A DNA stretch of 64,000 bases from the NCBI GenBank assembly GCA_044226015.1, contig JBGAHS010000006.1, positions 96,001 to 160,000 of the forward strand. Reading direction: 5' to 3'. The position numbers were made by a program, and so were the translations under genes. Source of the stretch: Candidatus Obscuribacteraceae bacterium. Lineage in GTDB: Bacteria; Cyanobacteriota; Vampirovibrionia; Obscuribacterales; Obscuribacteraceae. The notes under the pieces are model-generated. The model saw only the letters and a program-made list of their open reading frames with translations. It made no database searches and was not told the origin of the DNA. Below, in pieces: positions 30,649-40,449 of this stretch (the first letter of the stretch is position 1; every line of letters starts with the position of its first letter).

Positions 30649-31470
30649 TTAAACTCGCACTGTACTAGGCTTAAAGAAGTTGATTACCATAGTGAACCAG
30701 GTTTGGTTCTGCGAGTCTAAATTCAAGAACGGCACTTCTTCACCTTGCAAACGCTTGGCGATATTTCGATATGCCTGACCAGCTTTAAAGTTTTCAGAGG
30801 AACCTGATAAAGGCTCACCCTTGTTGGTTGAAACGATTACATCATCATCTTCTGGCACCACGCCGAGAAGTTTGCATGAAAGAATTTCAAGAACGTCATC
30901 GACACTCATCATGTCGTTGCTTTTAACCATGTGCGGTCTGATGCGATTGATGATGAGTCTGTACTGACTAATTTCATCTTTTCTAGCTTCAAGAAGACCA
31001 ATAACGCGGTCGGCATCTCTAACTGCCGACATTTCTGGAGTACAAATTACGATGGCTTCTTCAGCGCCAGCAATGGCGTTTTGAAACCCGCTTTCTATAC
31101 CAGCAGGGCTGTCGATGATTACGTAATCGAACATGCCTTTTAGTTCTGTCGTGAGAGCCTTCATTTGCTCAGCATTGATAGCTGTTTTGTCTCTTGTTTG
31201 CGCAGCAGGCAGCAGGCAGAGATTTGGAAGACGCTTATCTTTCACGAGAGCCTGTCGAAGTTTGCATTTCTCTTCAACGACGTCGATCAAATTGTAGACA
31301 ACACGATTTTCCAAGCCCATCAAAATGTCCAGATTGCGCAAGCCGATGTCCATATCGACAAGCACAACAGATGGACCGCTTGCAGCAAGCGCAAGTCCAA
31401 TGTTTGCTGAAGCGGTTGTTTTACCGACTCCACCTTTTCCTGATGTAACCACGATCACTCTGCCACTCAT
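30649..31470 (-). CDS. minD: Septum site-determining ATPase MinD
   Basis: SGKGGVGKTT, DIGLRNLD, DSPAGIE, DADRVIGLL, C-terminal amphipathic helix. Confidence 0.98.
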   Translation of the reverse strand: MSGRVIVVTSGKGGVGKTTASANIGLALAASGPSVVLVDMDIGLRNLDILMGLENRVVYNLIDVVEEKCKLRQALVKDKRLPNLCLLPAAQTRDKTAINAEQMKALTTELKGMFDYVIIDSPAGIESGFQNAIAGAEEAIVICTPEMSAVRDADRVIGLLEARKDEISQYRLIINRIRPHMVKSNDMMSVDDVLEILSCKLLGVVPEDDDVIVSTNKGEPLSGSSENFKAGQAYRNIAKRLQGEEVPFLNLDSQNQTWFTMVINFFKPSTVRV

Positions 31471-31517
31471 TATTTGTTCCTCAATGTGGAGAATCTTAGT
31501 GAACTATTTGTCCAGAA

Positions 31518-32561
31518 CTAGTCCGGCTCGTTAATAGAGATGCGAATCTTACCTTCTACAACTCTTGCCGTTTCTGGACCACCAGATACGGTGCTGGCAC
31601 CTTTGTGCCGGTCGGGTGACCGTGCTATTGCAGATGCTATCCGCAATTGAATTGGGTCAAATTTTAAAGCTCTAATTTCTGCGTTGGTATTTCCACCGGC
31701 ACCTGCATGAGCCATTCCTCTCAATGCGCCCCAGACTGTGATATCTCCGTCTGCCACAAGTTCTGCACCTGGGTTAACGTCTCCAATGATAACGAGATGA
31801 CCTCTGTGGCATACACGCTGACCAGAGCGAAGTGTCTGCTTCATCATCAAGACCGCGGGCGTGGTGTTGGTCTTCGCTGTCGAATTGGAAATTACTGGAG
31901 CTTTCGCAGCAACTGGCGCATTGTATGGCGCTGGCGCAGCTGGTAGGTCTCCGACGAATTTTGGAGCAGAGGCATCCACAGAACCGCTTCTGGCTGCTAA
32001 CCACAATTCTGGGAGTGAATGCTTCCTGGCGTTTCCTTCAATTTCCAGGTCGTCGTCCGAATAGAAGGTGATTGCCCCTGAATAACTTGCGTCTGGTTCA
32101 TTCTCTGCGGTAATTGTTGCCGTTGCTGCATCTACCTTACAGTCACTCACAGCACCACATTCAGCGGCAACAGCATGTTGCCCGGAATAAGCTGCTTCAA
32201 GGTTGCTCAAAACTGTCGCTGGACTTGCTTGCTCGTCCGACTCCGCTGTGGGGAAAGTCTCAACAGCTGAACCGGCTGGAAGTCGGCATTGTGTGAGAGA
32301 CGCTCTGGTAATTGGACTCAGTGAATAAATTTGTCGAGGATGCACACCGACTTCAGAAACTATAGCTTGAATTTCGTTGACTTGCTCTGGAGTGAAAACC
32401 AATGGTCCCAGGTTGAGGTCTACAGTTAACCCCTCCCAGAACTGGCTTGAGACCTGCAAGGTCGAAGTCAGATACTGCTTCGCTTCTTGCAAGGAAGAGC
32501 ATCCACTAATATCAATTAAGACACCTTGCTCTGCCTGACTTATGATTGCAATTTTCGACAT
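31518..32561 (-). CDS. minC: Septum site-determining protein MinC
   Basis: TLRSGQ, GDVNPGAEL, GALRGMAHAG, PETA. Confidence 0.95.
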   Translation of the reverse strand: MSKIAIISQAEQGVLIDISGCSSLQEAKQYLTSTLQVSSQFWEGLTVDLNLGPLVFTPEQVNEIQAIVSEVGVHPRQIYSLSPITRASLTQCRLPAGSAVETFPTAESDEQASPATVLSNLEAAYSGQHAVAAECGAVSDCKVDAATATITAENEPDASYSGAITFYSDDDLEIEGNARKHSLPELWLAARSGSVDASAPKFVGDLPAAPAPYNAPVAAKAPVISNSTAKTNTTPAVLMMKQTLRSGQRVCHRGHLVIIGDVNPGAELVADGDITVWGALRGMAHAGAGGNTNAEIRALKFDPIQLRIASAIARSPDRHKGASTVSGGPETARVVEGKIRISINEPD

Positions 32562-32973
32562 GCGGTTGCTCTTTAGCCCCTACTAGGTATACAAACGATA
32601 TAGCTGGAGGCGGACGCAATGACGTTCGCCACCTGATTTCTGAGACATGTAAATCGTATGTTTTGCAAAAAATAGTGTCAAGGCGCAGATATGGCGTGCG
32701 CATATCGAACTGATGTGTAACACACCCGTTGCTCAAAAGTTTTAATATTACGTGTTTTTGCGATATTACAAAGCTAGATAAGATCGGCATCCAAGAAGAT
32801 ATCTATCAGGAAGCAGTGGTGTAAATCTTTGCTTGGGAAGTTTTTTTCTATGACACCAGAATTAGTGCCTTTGAATTTTGCCTTCAATTGGAAACCTTGC
32901 TTACTAAGAGCTAAGAATTCGCTGGACTAGCTTCTGATATAAGAGTCTTAGAACACTACAGCACAAAGAATCT

Positions 32974-33762
32974 ATGTACCTCAGGTCAAGAGAATACGAA
33001 GAAAAAGGAGCGAAAAGCAAATTGTCGGCGTTCAAGCTCAGACTGCCGGCAATCAGCAAGGCTTTTATCGCGAGTGTTTGCCTATTCGCTTCATGCCTGT
33101 CTGTAAGTGCTGAGGCACTTCTTGATTCAAACTATAAAGACGCAGCTGGGCATGACTTTATTTCCTACTTTGGTTTCAAACTAAAGGAGAAGCATGACAC
33201 TCAATCTGGTACCACAGAATACTCATTTTACAGCGAATCTTTTACTGCTCATTTGATTCTAAGCGTGAGCAAAAAGAATGGCAAAATCATTCATATGCGA
33301 TTGAGTCTGCCTCGTCCGCTGATAGACGATGAGAAGGTAACGACTCGTGGTCGCGATCTAGTTAAGAGCTTTGTTTTGGCTTCCGCAAAAGGCGCTGACA
33401 TTTCTCCAATGAAAGAGTTGGCTGATGAAATATACGTTAGAGGTTTGATACTCAGTCCAATTCAAGACCCTCAAACAACAGCTCATTCTTCACAGTCCGT
33501 TCCTAGTCTGAAAGCATACAAGGTCGGAAAGGGACCGGTGAGCGATGGTGATAATGCTATTTTCCTGCCTCAATTACCTCGATTAGCAAAGACAGCATCT
33601 CCTCTCTTTCTTGTATTTAACGGAAAACTTGATAGCCTCGGAAGGGCTTACAAGAACTGTAAGATTGTCTTTGTGAACGAGAATCTAAAAGCCAACAATG
33701 CAGCCATTCCGGTATTCTCGTGTGAATCTTGGGATGCACAGATCAACGGTGCGAAGCATTAG
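32974..33762 (+). CDS. Hypothetical exported protein
   Basis: Hydrophobic signal-like segment ending VSA; 262-aa ORF. Confidence 0.7.
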   Translation: MYLRSREYEEKGAKSKLSAFKLRLPAISKAFIASVCLFASCLSVSAEALLDSNYKDAAGHDFISYFGFKLKEKHDTQSGTTEYSFYSESFTAHLILSVSKKNGKIIHMRLSLPRPLIDDEKVTTRGRDLVKSFVLASAKGADISPMKELADEIYVRGLILSPIQDPQTTAHSSQSVPSLKAYKVGKGPVSDGDNAIFLPQLPRLAKTASPLFLVFNGKLDSLGRAYKNCKIVFVNENLKANNAAIPVFSCESWDAQINGAKH

Positions 33763-33780
33763 CGTTACGTAACTGCAAGC

Positions 33781-33864
33781 GCTGATTCGCTGCATGTGCT
33801 GATTCGCTGCATGCGCTTATTCGCTGCATGGGCTGTTCACTGTATGCGCTGATTTGCTGCATGC
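33781..33864. repeat. Tandem repeat, 5 x 17 bp (consensus GCTGATTCGCTGCATGC)
   Basis: Units start 33781, 33798, 33815, 33832 (16 bp), 33848; no spacers. Confidence 0.92.
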
Positions 33865-33918
33865 GTTGCCCTGATATTAGTATTGAGTTTGTACTAGTCT
33901 AAGTTCGGCTCTAGCGGA

Positions 33919-35742
33919 TTACAAGCTAGCTACACTTGCCCGCTTTTTAACTGGCAGCGATAGCCAAAACGTGCTTCCTTTTCCGAGCTCCGATTCAACG
34001 CCGATTTTGCCGCCATGTGCAAGAACAATCTCCTTGCTAATCCATAAGCCCAAGCCCGTGCTGACTCTCTTCGAGCTAACAAGTTTTGCAGTTTTATATC
34101 GTTCAAAAATCATCTGTTGATAGTCAGGATGAATGCCAGGACCACTATCTATGATTCTGACTATGGCTGCATCGCTTGATTCAATTACCTCGACTCTAAC
34201 TTTGCTGCCCGCCGGCGAGAAACTCATCGCATTACTGAGCAGATTTGAAAACACTCTAGTCATTAAATTGAAGTCTGCAGGAACTTGCATGTTTTTTCCG
34301 CTGAGTTCGAACCCAACCTTTTTCTCTACTGAAATTGCTTGGAGTTCAGAGAAAACACGTTCGCAAAGTTCGAATAGATCGACATTAACGGCGTCGATTA
34401 CATGTAAGCTGTGATGAAGTTTTTCGGTATCGAGAATGTCGTTAATCAGGTCGAGCACGCGACTCAGACCTGACTGTGCTCGGTCGATAGACTCATAAAC
34501 CTTGGTCGGAAGCTCGCCAAAGACTTTTTCTGAAAACAAAGCTAGGGTCATGACCACGGCAGCGATCGGTGACCTCATGTCGTGAGTTAACTGGGCTATA
34601 AAATCATTCCTTGCTCTTTCCAGCATCATGCGATCTGTTACATCATCACAAGCTACGAAAAATCGATCAAGCCGCGGTGACCAATCAACATACCAGTTGT
34701 AATCAGCAATTGTGTTATCCTTCCGCCTGATTCTCGCAACCAGTTCGAAAGTTCCCTTTTCTTTCGCTTTTCCCAGCCCGTCATCGACCTGTCCGAGATC
34801 TTCCTGGAACACAAAATCCGCGAAATTTTTATGCAGCATTTCGTACTGGTAATAGCCCCATTGCATGAGCGCAGATGGGCTAACCGCATCAATCTTCATG
34901 TTCTTATCAAAGCTAACTATCACAGTTTTGGAAAAATCTGCAATTGCACGTTCTCTTTGAATAAGCTCGCGCATCGAAAGCTCAAGTTTCTCGATCGAAA
35001 AGAGAGAAATGCCGTTGCTTCCTTTTCGCTCTTCTCCGGAAATTTCCTTTTGAATCTGGTCAAGCTTGGAATCAAGAACCTCACGTTGTGAAAAAGTGAA
35101 GCGCAAAGCAAAAATAGCGATACTCAATGCACCGAGACTGATACCAAGAACAGTGAATGCTAGAGTTTTGCAAGACTCAGTGCTTTCGGGCTTTAACACT
35201 ATGAAGCTAAAAGTGCTGACAAGTACAAGAGCGCTGAGTAAGAATCCAATCTTTTTCTGGCTTGAAAAAAAACGTTGAAGTTCTGAGAGCAACCCCGTGG
35301 AACGAGGGCTATGCAATGGTTGGAAAGACGCCGAAGGTGTCAGCAATAGCAAAACTGATGGCAAAATAAAAAACGCAGCAAAAGCAAACCGTTCTCCCAA
35401 CGTAATGAAATCTCCACGGCATTGCCCTATTAGACAAGCTAGCGTCGAGTTGTAATAGCCGATTATCGGGTTGTCCCCGCTTTGAGCGTAGAGTCCTGCT
35501 AGAGCCAAAACTTGGGCTAGGAACCAGAAGATCGGCAGCGACGTTATCTTTAACCTAGAGGTCGGCTGCTGCTTCGCGGCTGGCTGTGAAGCCGACTTTA
35601 TAAGTTCTCTAATTGCTTCTTTGTCTGATGCAATCAGGCTGGCGGGAGTAGTTGCAGTTTTTTCTGCCCCTTCTTTTGCGATATTCCGAAGCCGTGCTAA
35701 CTGCCATTCTCGGAGCTTGTTGTAAACTTCAGATGAATCCAC
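33919..35742 (-). CDS. Membrane PAS-domain sensor histidine kinase
   Basis: About 4 TM helices, PAS-like segment, H-box THDMRSP, NLLSNA, DSGPGI, TGLGL. Confidence 0.93.
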   Translation of the reverse strand: MDSSEVYNKLREWQLARLRNIAKEGAEKTATTPASLIASDKEAIRELIKSASQPAAKQQPTSRLKITSLPIFWFLAQVLALAGLYAQSGDNPIIGYYNSTLACLIGQCRGDFITLGERFAFAAFFILPSVLLLLTPSASFQPLHSPRSTGLLSELQRFFSSQKKIGFLLSALVLVSTFSFIVLKPESTESCKTLAFTVLGISLGALSIAIFALRFTFSQREVLDSKLDQIQKEISGEERKGSNGISLFSIEKLELSMRELIQRERAIADFSKTVIVSFDKNMKIDAVSPSALMQWGYYQYEMLHKNFADFVFQEDLGQVDDGLGKAKEKGTFELVARIRRKDNTIADYNWYVDWSPRLDRFFVACDDVTDRMMLERARNDFIAQLTHDMRSPIAAVVMTLALFSEKVFGELPTKVYESIDRAQSGLSRVLDLINDILDTEKLHHSLHVIDAVNVDLFELCERVFSELQAISVEKKVGFELSGKNMQVPADFNLMTRVFSNLLSNAMSFSPAGSKVRVEVIESSDAAIVRIIDSGPGIHPDYQQMIFERYKTAKLVSSKRVSTGLGLWISKEIVLAHGGKIGVESELGKGSTFWLSLPVKKRASVASL

Positions 35743-35763
35743 AAAACCTCGAGATCAACTTTC

Positions 35764-37005
35764 TTAGAGCGAACGAAGTTCAGCTTCCAATTGGTCTGCA
35801 ATTTTTGCATCTTTGTCTTTTTGAGAGAAAGACCAGAGAGATATTAGAACCCACATTATTCCGATAACACGGGCAACGATGCGCTTCCCATCCTCGGGGT
35901 CTGTCAGAAAATTGCCGCTAAATGACGAGAGCAGCAATGTTATAGGGTCGTTGTTCTCTGGTGTCGCACTTCTGATCCATGTGAGCATCGTGATTGCAGC
36001 AAGCGAGTAAGTTGCCCAAACTGACAGCGCAATCCATCTAGAACTCAATGTTACGAAGTAGACTTTTAAGCTCGAATCTTGACGTGTTAGAAGAACAAAA
36101 GGTTTTGCAAAATAGCAAGCAGCGAATGTTGCCAGAGCGCCGCTGATGCAAGCTGGTATTGAGTTTGTCATCCAGGCTGTTGTCCCGTAGGAAACTGCAA
36201 TTAAACCCCAGGCAAGAACCAGCGACAAGCGAATAGTCTCAAATCTTTTTGATCTCGATGAGAGTGTTATCGCAGCAATAGAGCTAAGTAAACTTGCACC
36301 CCAAGCCGCTGTCCAGAGCAAAATATCGATTGCGCCTTTTGCTCGGTCCGATTGATATCTCGCTAGCAATGTTGCAGCTTCGCCGTCCTCACCGTACAAC
36401 TCGAAAAAGGAGTCAGCAAAGCTCTTGTAAGCTGCTTCATCATGGAAGTCCGCTATACGAGTCTGCAAAATGCCTCCAACCACGCTCTCCATTGCATAGC
36501 GAACACTTGCAAAAAGATTGTATCCAAAGGCACCGATTATGGTGTCATTTGGTTCGTCCTCTTGTTTGATACTCACTGGGTGGAGAAAATCTGGAGAAGC
36601 CTGAAATCTGTTTTGCGCCCAACTGCGAACATGCTCAAGTGCTTCGGCATTTTTGGCTGTGTAAGGACTTCCCATAAGGACAAAAGCAATACTGTAAGAG
36701 CTTGCAACCTTCTGGGCGAGATTGTTGTTGCCCGGCAACCCAGCCTCATAGCCTTGCAATTCTTGCGACGGTGTTACGAGTTGTGCGTTGGGTGCTTTTG
36801 GCTTAACGAAAAATGCGAGCAAAGAAGCCGTCAGCAAAGCAATCACAGCGAAATTCACAATCTTCTTGCGATTACGAAGTAGCATCCCCTTTGTGATGAA
36901 CTGTTCTCCGGGCGGCAGATTGAGCGGTTCCTCAAATGCACCTGGTTCGAGCGTAGTTTTCATACGTTCGCTAGTAGCTGTTTTGCTTCGATTGTCCCGT
37001 CCCAT
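35764..37005 (-). CDS. Hypothetical multi-pass membrane protein with periplasmic domain
   Basis: One N-terminal TM, soluble region, about 5 C-terminal TMs; 21 bp upstream of the kinase gene. Confidence 0.75.
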   Translation of the reverse strand: MGRDNRSKTATSERMKTTLEPGAFEEPLNLPPGEQFITKGMLLRNRKKIVNFAVIALLTASLLAFFVKPKAPNAQLVTPSQELQGYEAGLPGNNNLAQKVASSYSIAFVLMGSPYTAKNAEALEHVRSWAQNRFQASPDFLHPVSIKQEDEPNDTIIGAFGYNLFASVRYAMESVVGGILQTRIADFHDEAAYKSFADSFFELYGEDGEAATLLARYQSDRAKGAIDILLWTAAWGASLLSSIAAITLSSRSKRFETIRLSLVLAWGLIAVSYGTTAWMTNSIPACISGALATFAACYFAKPFVLLTRQDSSLKVYFVTLSSRWIALSVWATYSLAAITMLTWIRSATPENNDPITLLLSSFSGNFLTDPEDGKRIVARVIGIMWVLISLWSFSQKDKDAKIADQLEAELRSL

Positions 37006-37147
37006 GGGTGACCTCTCGCTCCATGACAGCTAGTAAGGTTACATCAAACTGCGCTTTGAAACATTCAAAGAAGCTCAGATAAGCCATGGACGAAGGATAT
37101 CCATCAGGCAATGTCTGAGCATATTTGCGAAATTGGCAGGATGTGAA

Positions 37148-37552
37148 CTATGGTTTCTTGTTCTTTTCGTCCCAAACCATCGGTTCCCACAATGTTACTT
37201 TGTTTCCTTCAAGATCAAGTAACTCCAGGAACTTACCGTTCTCATGGCATTCAGGACCTTTTGTGATTGTCACATTATTTTGCTTAAGCTGAGCCACCAT
37301 ATCGTCCATGTTGTCGATTCGATAGTTGATCATGAAGTTTGATTGGCTGGGACTGAATAAGTCGCTATCTTTTTCGGTGACTTTCCAGGCTGTGCCCATG
37401 CCTCGAGCAGATTGTTCTGCTCCGTCTCTGATTATCGTCCCGCCCCATGATTCGACAGGCATTCCAAGGTTCTTGTGGTACCACTCAGAAAGGGCTTTGG
37501 GATCTTTCTGTGATTTGAAAAACACACCGCCGATTCCTGTAATTTTCGCCAT
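37148..37552 (-). CDS. VOC/glyoxalase family protein
   Basis: MAKITGIGGVFFK, FMINYRID, GKFLELLDLEGNKVTLWEP; an in-frame start at 37675 would add a signal-like leader. Confidence 0.9.
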   Translation of the reverse strand: MAKITGIGGVFFKSQKDPKALSEWYHKNLGMPVESWGGTIIRDGAEQSARGMGTAWKVTEKDSDLFSPSQSNFMINYRIDNMDDMVAQLKQNNVTITKGPECHENGKFLELLDLEGNKVTLWEPMVWDEKNKKP

Positions 37553-37984
37553 ATGTTCACCCTTCTTTAGTTGTTTATCATTGTCCTGTCTACGTTCTGC
37601 ACTCGCGCTCTGCATAAGCAGTCCTGTGCTCAAAAGCATGAGAAGTCGGGCTTCTCTTCTGTGCCATCGAAACATGATATCGCCTCTCTGACTCACCTAT
37701 TGGTGGGAAAAGTATATTTGTGTTGAGTATGTCTATTATTGGGTTCGTAGCTTAGTCAGTACTATGTTCTACCTGTTAAAGATTTGACTGTTCGATGGTT
37801 ATTATTGTGCACTATACGAAAGTTCGACTGGTCGTATTGTCGTACAGTGGTATTAGGCAAGGAATTCGCTCTCGGGCATCTTACACTCATCCGCTCCTCC
37901 AGCTCCGTATCCTGATCCCCTCCCCATGGCTCTAGTTACAATTTTGTGTTGCAGCACGAAAAATGATCGCAGTAAAAATTTTTA

Positions 37985-39487
37985 CTAGTGGAGAGATGTA
38001 GTTTGCTTTGAAAAAAATTTCTCCCATCCGCCTGATGCTCTACTCCATCTAGGGTCGAACTTAAATAAATCGGCTTTGAAGCCAGCGTTCATGCTGTCAT
38101 ATCGGGCAAGCCACTCGCGAATGCGTGGAGTTGCGTTCTCTTTTTTCGATTGAGGAAAACATATTAGTCCAAGTATTGATGGACTCTTGCAGCCCGTTGT
38201 TTCGGGACGGCTGAAAGGTTCTGCCATTATTCTTTTTACGGCAGCATCAGCAAACAACCGAGCTTCCATGAACTGCCCACTAAAACCAAATTCGTCTGCC
38301 ATGCCAATTTCAATTGCCGATGGTTCTGCCGAAATACGTTTTTGAATTGAACAAAAGAGTTCACTATGCTCATCGAGAATCACAGCGTCAGCTTGATTCC
38401 CTCGCAATAGTTTTTCAAATTGCCCTCGCGCTACAGGATTGTTCCAGCCACCACCACACAAGGCAAAAGTGCGAGGCATTCTGTGTTCATCAGGGATCCA
38501 CTTCAGTGAATAGAAGAAGACATATGCTGCAAAATATTCTGCAGCGTGAATGCGATCCTCAAATGAAAAAGGATTTCCTGACTGCCCTGCGAGAGCTGGA
38601 ATAATCCGATACCATTGTGGGTCAGACGATTTGGGTGGCGCTTGAAGTAGGAAATTCTCACCTGAGTCTGTTAATGCTGACTTGTCGAAAAGCAATCGCA
38701 ACAGTTCTTTTTTGACTGAACCCTTTTTGCCAATGTTTCCATCCAAGTCGCATGGTAAGCCTCTTTCAGCTTGCATCAATTTGTCGGGGAAGTCATTGAA
38801 CGGACCAACGTCCCATCCAGATACGCGAATATTCTTAGCTGAATCTTCAGTTATAACGCTGATGTTTCCAGTGTTTCCTGCATTGCAAAATGCTATTGGA
38901 AAGCGACCTGCATGTGCCAGACTGTGGGCCAAATGCTCGTGATGAACAGGAGCCAACGGCGCTGCCTCGCCGCCATTCATGAGGTCATCCGAGCGAAAAT
39001 CGTACACAACTGTGGTGTTTGTAAGATCTGCCAGGAGCTGTCCGTTGCCGATTTGTATGGTGTATGTGCTGCCGCTTCCTGCGATGGATGGTGGCTGATG
39101 TGCGCAGGTTTGCCCATGAAAGCCTATCAGATCGACTGGCTCTTCTATGCGTTTCTCAGTTACTAGCTTATCCTTCAACTGATTAACTGTGTCTGCCGCA
39201 AAAACGGTGAACGCCGTAATGAGCTGGTCGGCATGAGCCCATTTGAGACCCAGCGAGGAGGACCGATTGTCATAATGCAGAATAGCCGCAGGCATGTCAC
39301 CACGTTTTTCCATAATCGAAGTCCGGAACGCACGCAAAGCCTCTGCAAGTTCTCCTGGCATTGGCTGGCTCACTGAATCAATGTCCCTAATTGAGCCATC
39401 CAAACCAAAACAAGTAAGCACCGCATCTGCCGCGTCAAGCGAGTTGCCTGTGTTTACGCCAATTGAGTAAATGTAATCACTTGCCAT
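37985..39487 (-). CDS. anmK: Anhydro-N-acetylmuramic acid kinase
   Basis: GxNTGNSLD, IGFHGQT, DFRSDDLMNGGEAAPL, DVGPFN, PPKS, CGGGWNN, MEA. Confidence 0.88.
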   Translation of the reverse strand: MASDYIYSIGVNTGNSLDAADAVLTCFGLDGSIRDIDSVSQPMPGELAEALRAFRTSIMEKRGDMPAAILHYDNRSSSLGLKWAHADQLITAFTVFAADTVNQLKDKLVTEKRIEEPVDLIGFHGQTCAHQPPSIAGSGSTYTIQIGNGQLLADLTNTTVVYDFRSDDLMNGGEAAPLAPVHHEHLAHSLAHAGRFPIAFCNAGNTGNISVITEDSAKNIRVSGWDVGPFNDFPDKLMQAERGLPCDLDGNIGKKGSVKKELLRLLFDKSALTDSGENFLLQAPPKSSDPQWYRIIPALAGQSGNPFSFEDRIHAAEYFAAYVFFYSLKWIPDEHRMPRTFALCGGGWNNPVARGQFEKLLRGNQADAVILDEHSELFCSIQKRISAEPSAIEIGMADEFGFSGQFMEARLFADAAVKRIMAEPFSRPETTGCKSPSILGLICFPQSKKENATPRIREWLARYDSMNAGFKADLFKFDPRWSRASGGWEKFFSKQTTSLH

Positions 39488-39822
39488 ACTGAAACCGCCA
39501 AAGTTAGAAGCATACCAGAGTGAGAGTAGCTGACAGTCTTGAGCCTGATGCGACGGGTGTTGCTTTGTGTAATCATTGCCTGTTAAGCATGCGGAAAGAG
39601 CTATTGGAACAGTGAGTCTGATGAATTCGGAGTCTGTAGTTTAGGTTCTGGATGTCATACGGTTTTTTTGGCTTCCGATAAACCCGTCGTAGGACGATCG
39701 ACTGTTTGAACATATCAACATACGTCTTGTCGACAAAATTTCACGGCGCTCAACTTGCAAATTGCCACTAACAGTTGACCGTGCGTGATAACCAATATTG
39801 CGGTATGCTAGCCATGGATACT

Positions 39823-40434
39823 ATGGCGAACACAAATTATTTTCTAGTTTTAGGTACCTCCATCGATGCGGACGAATCCGTTATCGACAGTGCCTTTTTG
39901 CGTTTATCCGAGGCTTTGAAACCTTCGAACTTTATGGAAAATTTCAAAGCGCTCGAACAGGCGTCGAAAATCACCGCGAAGGCAAGAGAAGCCCACACGG
40001 CGTTAAAAGATAAGGTCTTCCGAGAGAAATTGAGCTCGGAGTTGAAGGGTGCAGCAGAACCTTATTCGCCTGATCAGCTCAAACCATTCCTCGGGCACGT
40101 TTGTGTCGCAGCTGGAATTATTTCCTACGAAGAGCTAATGGAAGCTGTAAGGAAACAAACAGACATTGATTTACCTCTAGGTCAAATTTTGCAGGATAAG
40201 AGACTCATTTCACAGACAGAACTTGAGGGAATGCTTATGGGGCAAAAGCTTTACGGAGCGCCAATGCGTCCACTAGAGTCAAATGCAAAACGTCTTCTTT
40301 TGCTTGAGTTGGTGACACTAGATATGGTGAAAATTGCACTGATTGACCAGCGAACCTCTCAATCTCAACTTGACGAACTGCTTTGCAGGCGAGGCTGGGT
40401 TGAGTCCGCCATCTTGCGTTCACTCGCCGCCTAA
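39823..40434 (+). CDS. J-domain-like protein with MshEN-like repeats
   Basis: NYFLVLG...AHTALKD (no HPD); LGHVCVAAGIIS..ELMEAVRKQ and LGQILQDKRLISQTEL..ML..Q; start uncertain. Confidence 0.65.
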   Translation: MANTNYFLVLGTSIDADESVIDSAFLRLSEALKPSNFMENFKALEQASKITAKAREAHTALKDKVFREKLSSELKGAAEPYSPDQLKPFLGHVCVAAGIISYEELMEAVRKQTDIDLPLGQILQDKRLISQTELEGMLMGQKLYGAPMRPLESNAKRLLLLELVTLDMVKIALIDQRTSQSQLDELLCRRGWVESAILRSLAA

Positions 40435-40449
40435 CCTTCGGTAGCATTT

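Noticed and set aside
31990..32020. LPELWL in MinC as an instance of the leader motif
   Set aside because: Mid-protein in a cytoplasmic division protein; kept only as a caution about chance matches.
33781..33864. Possible CRISPR array
   Set aside because: Units are contiguous with no spacers, too short, and no cas genes are present.
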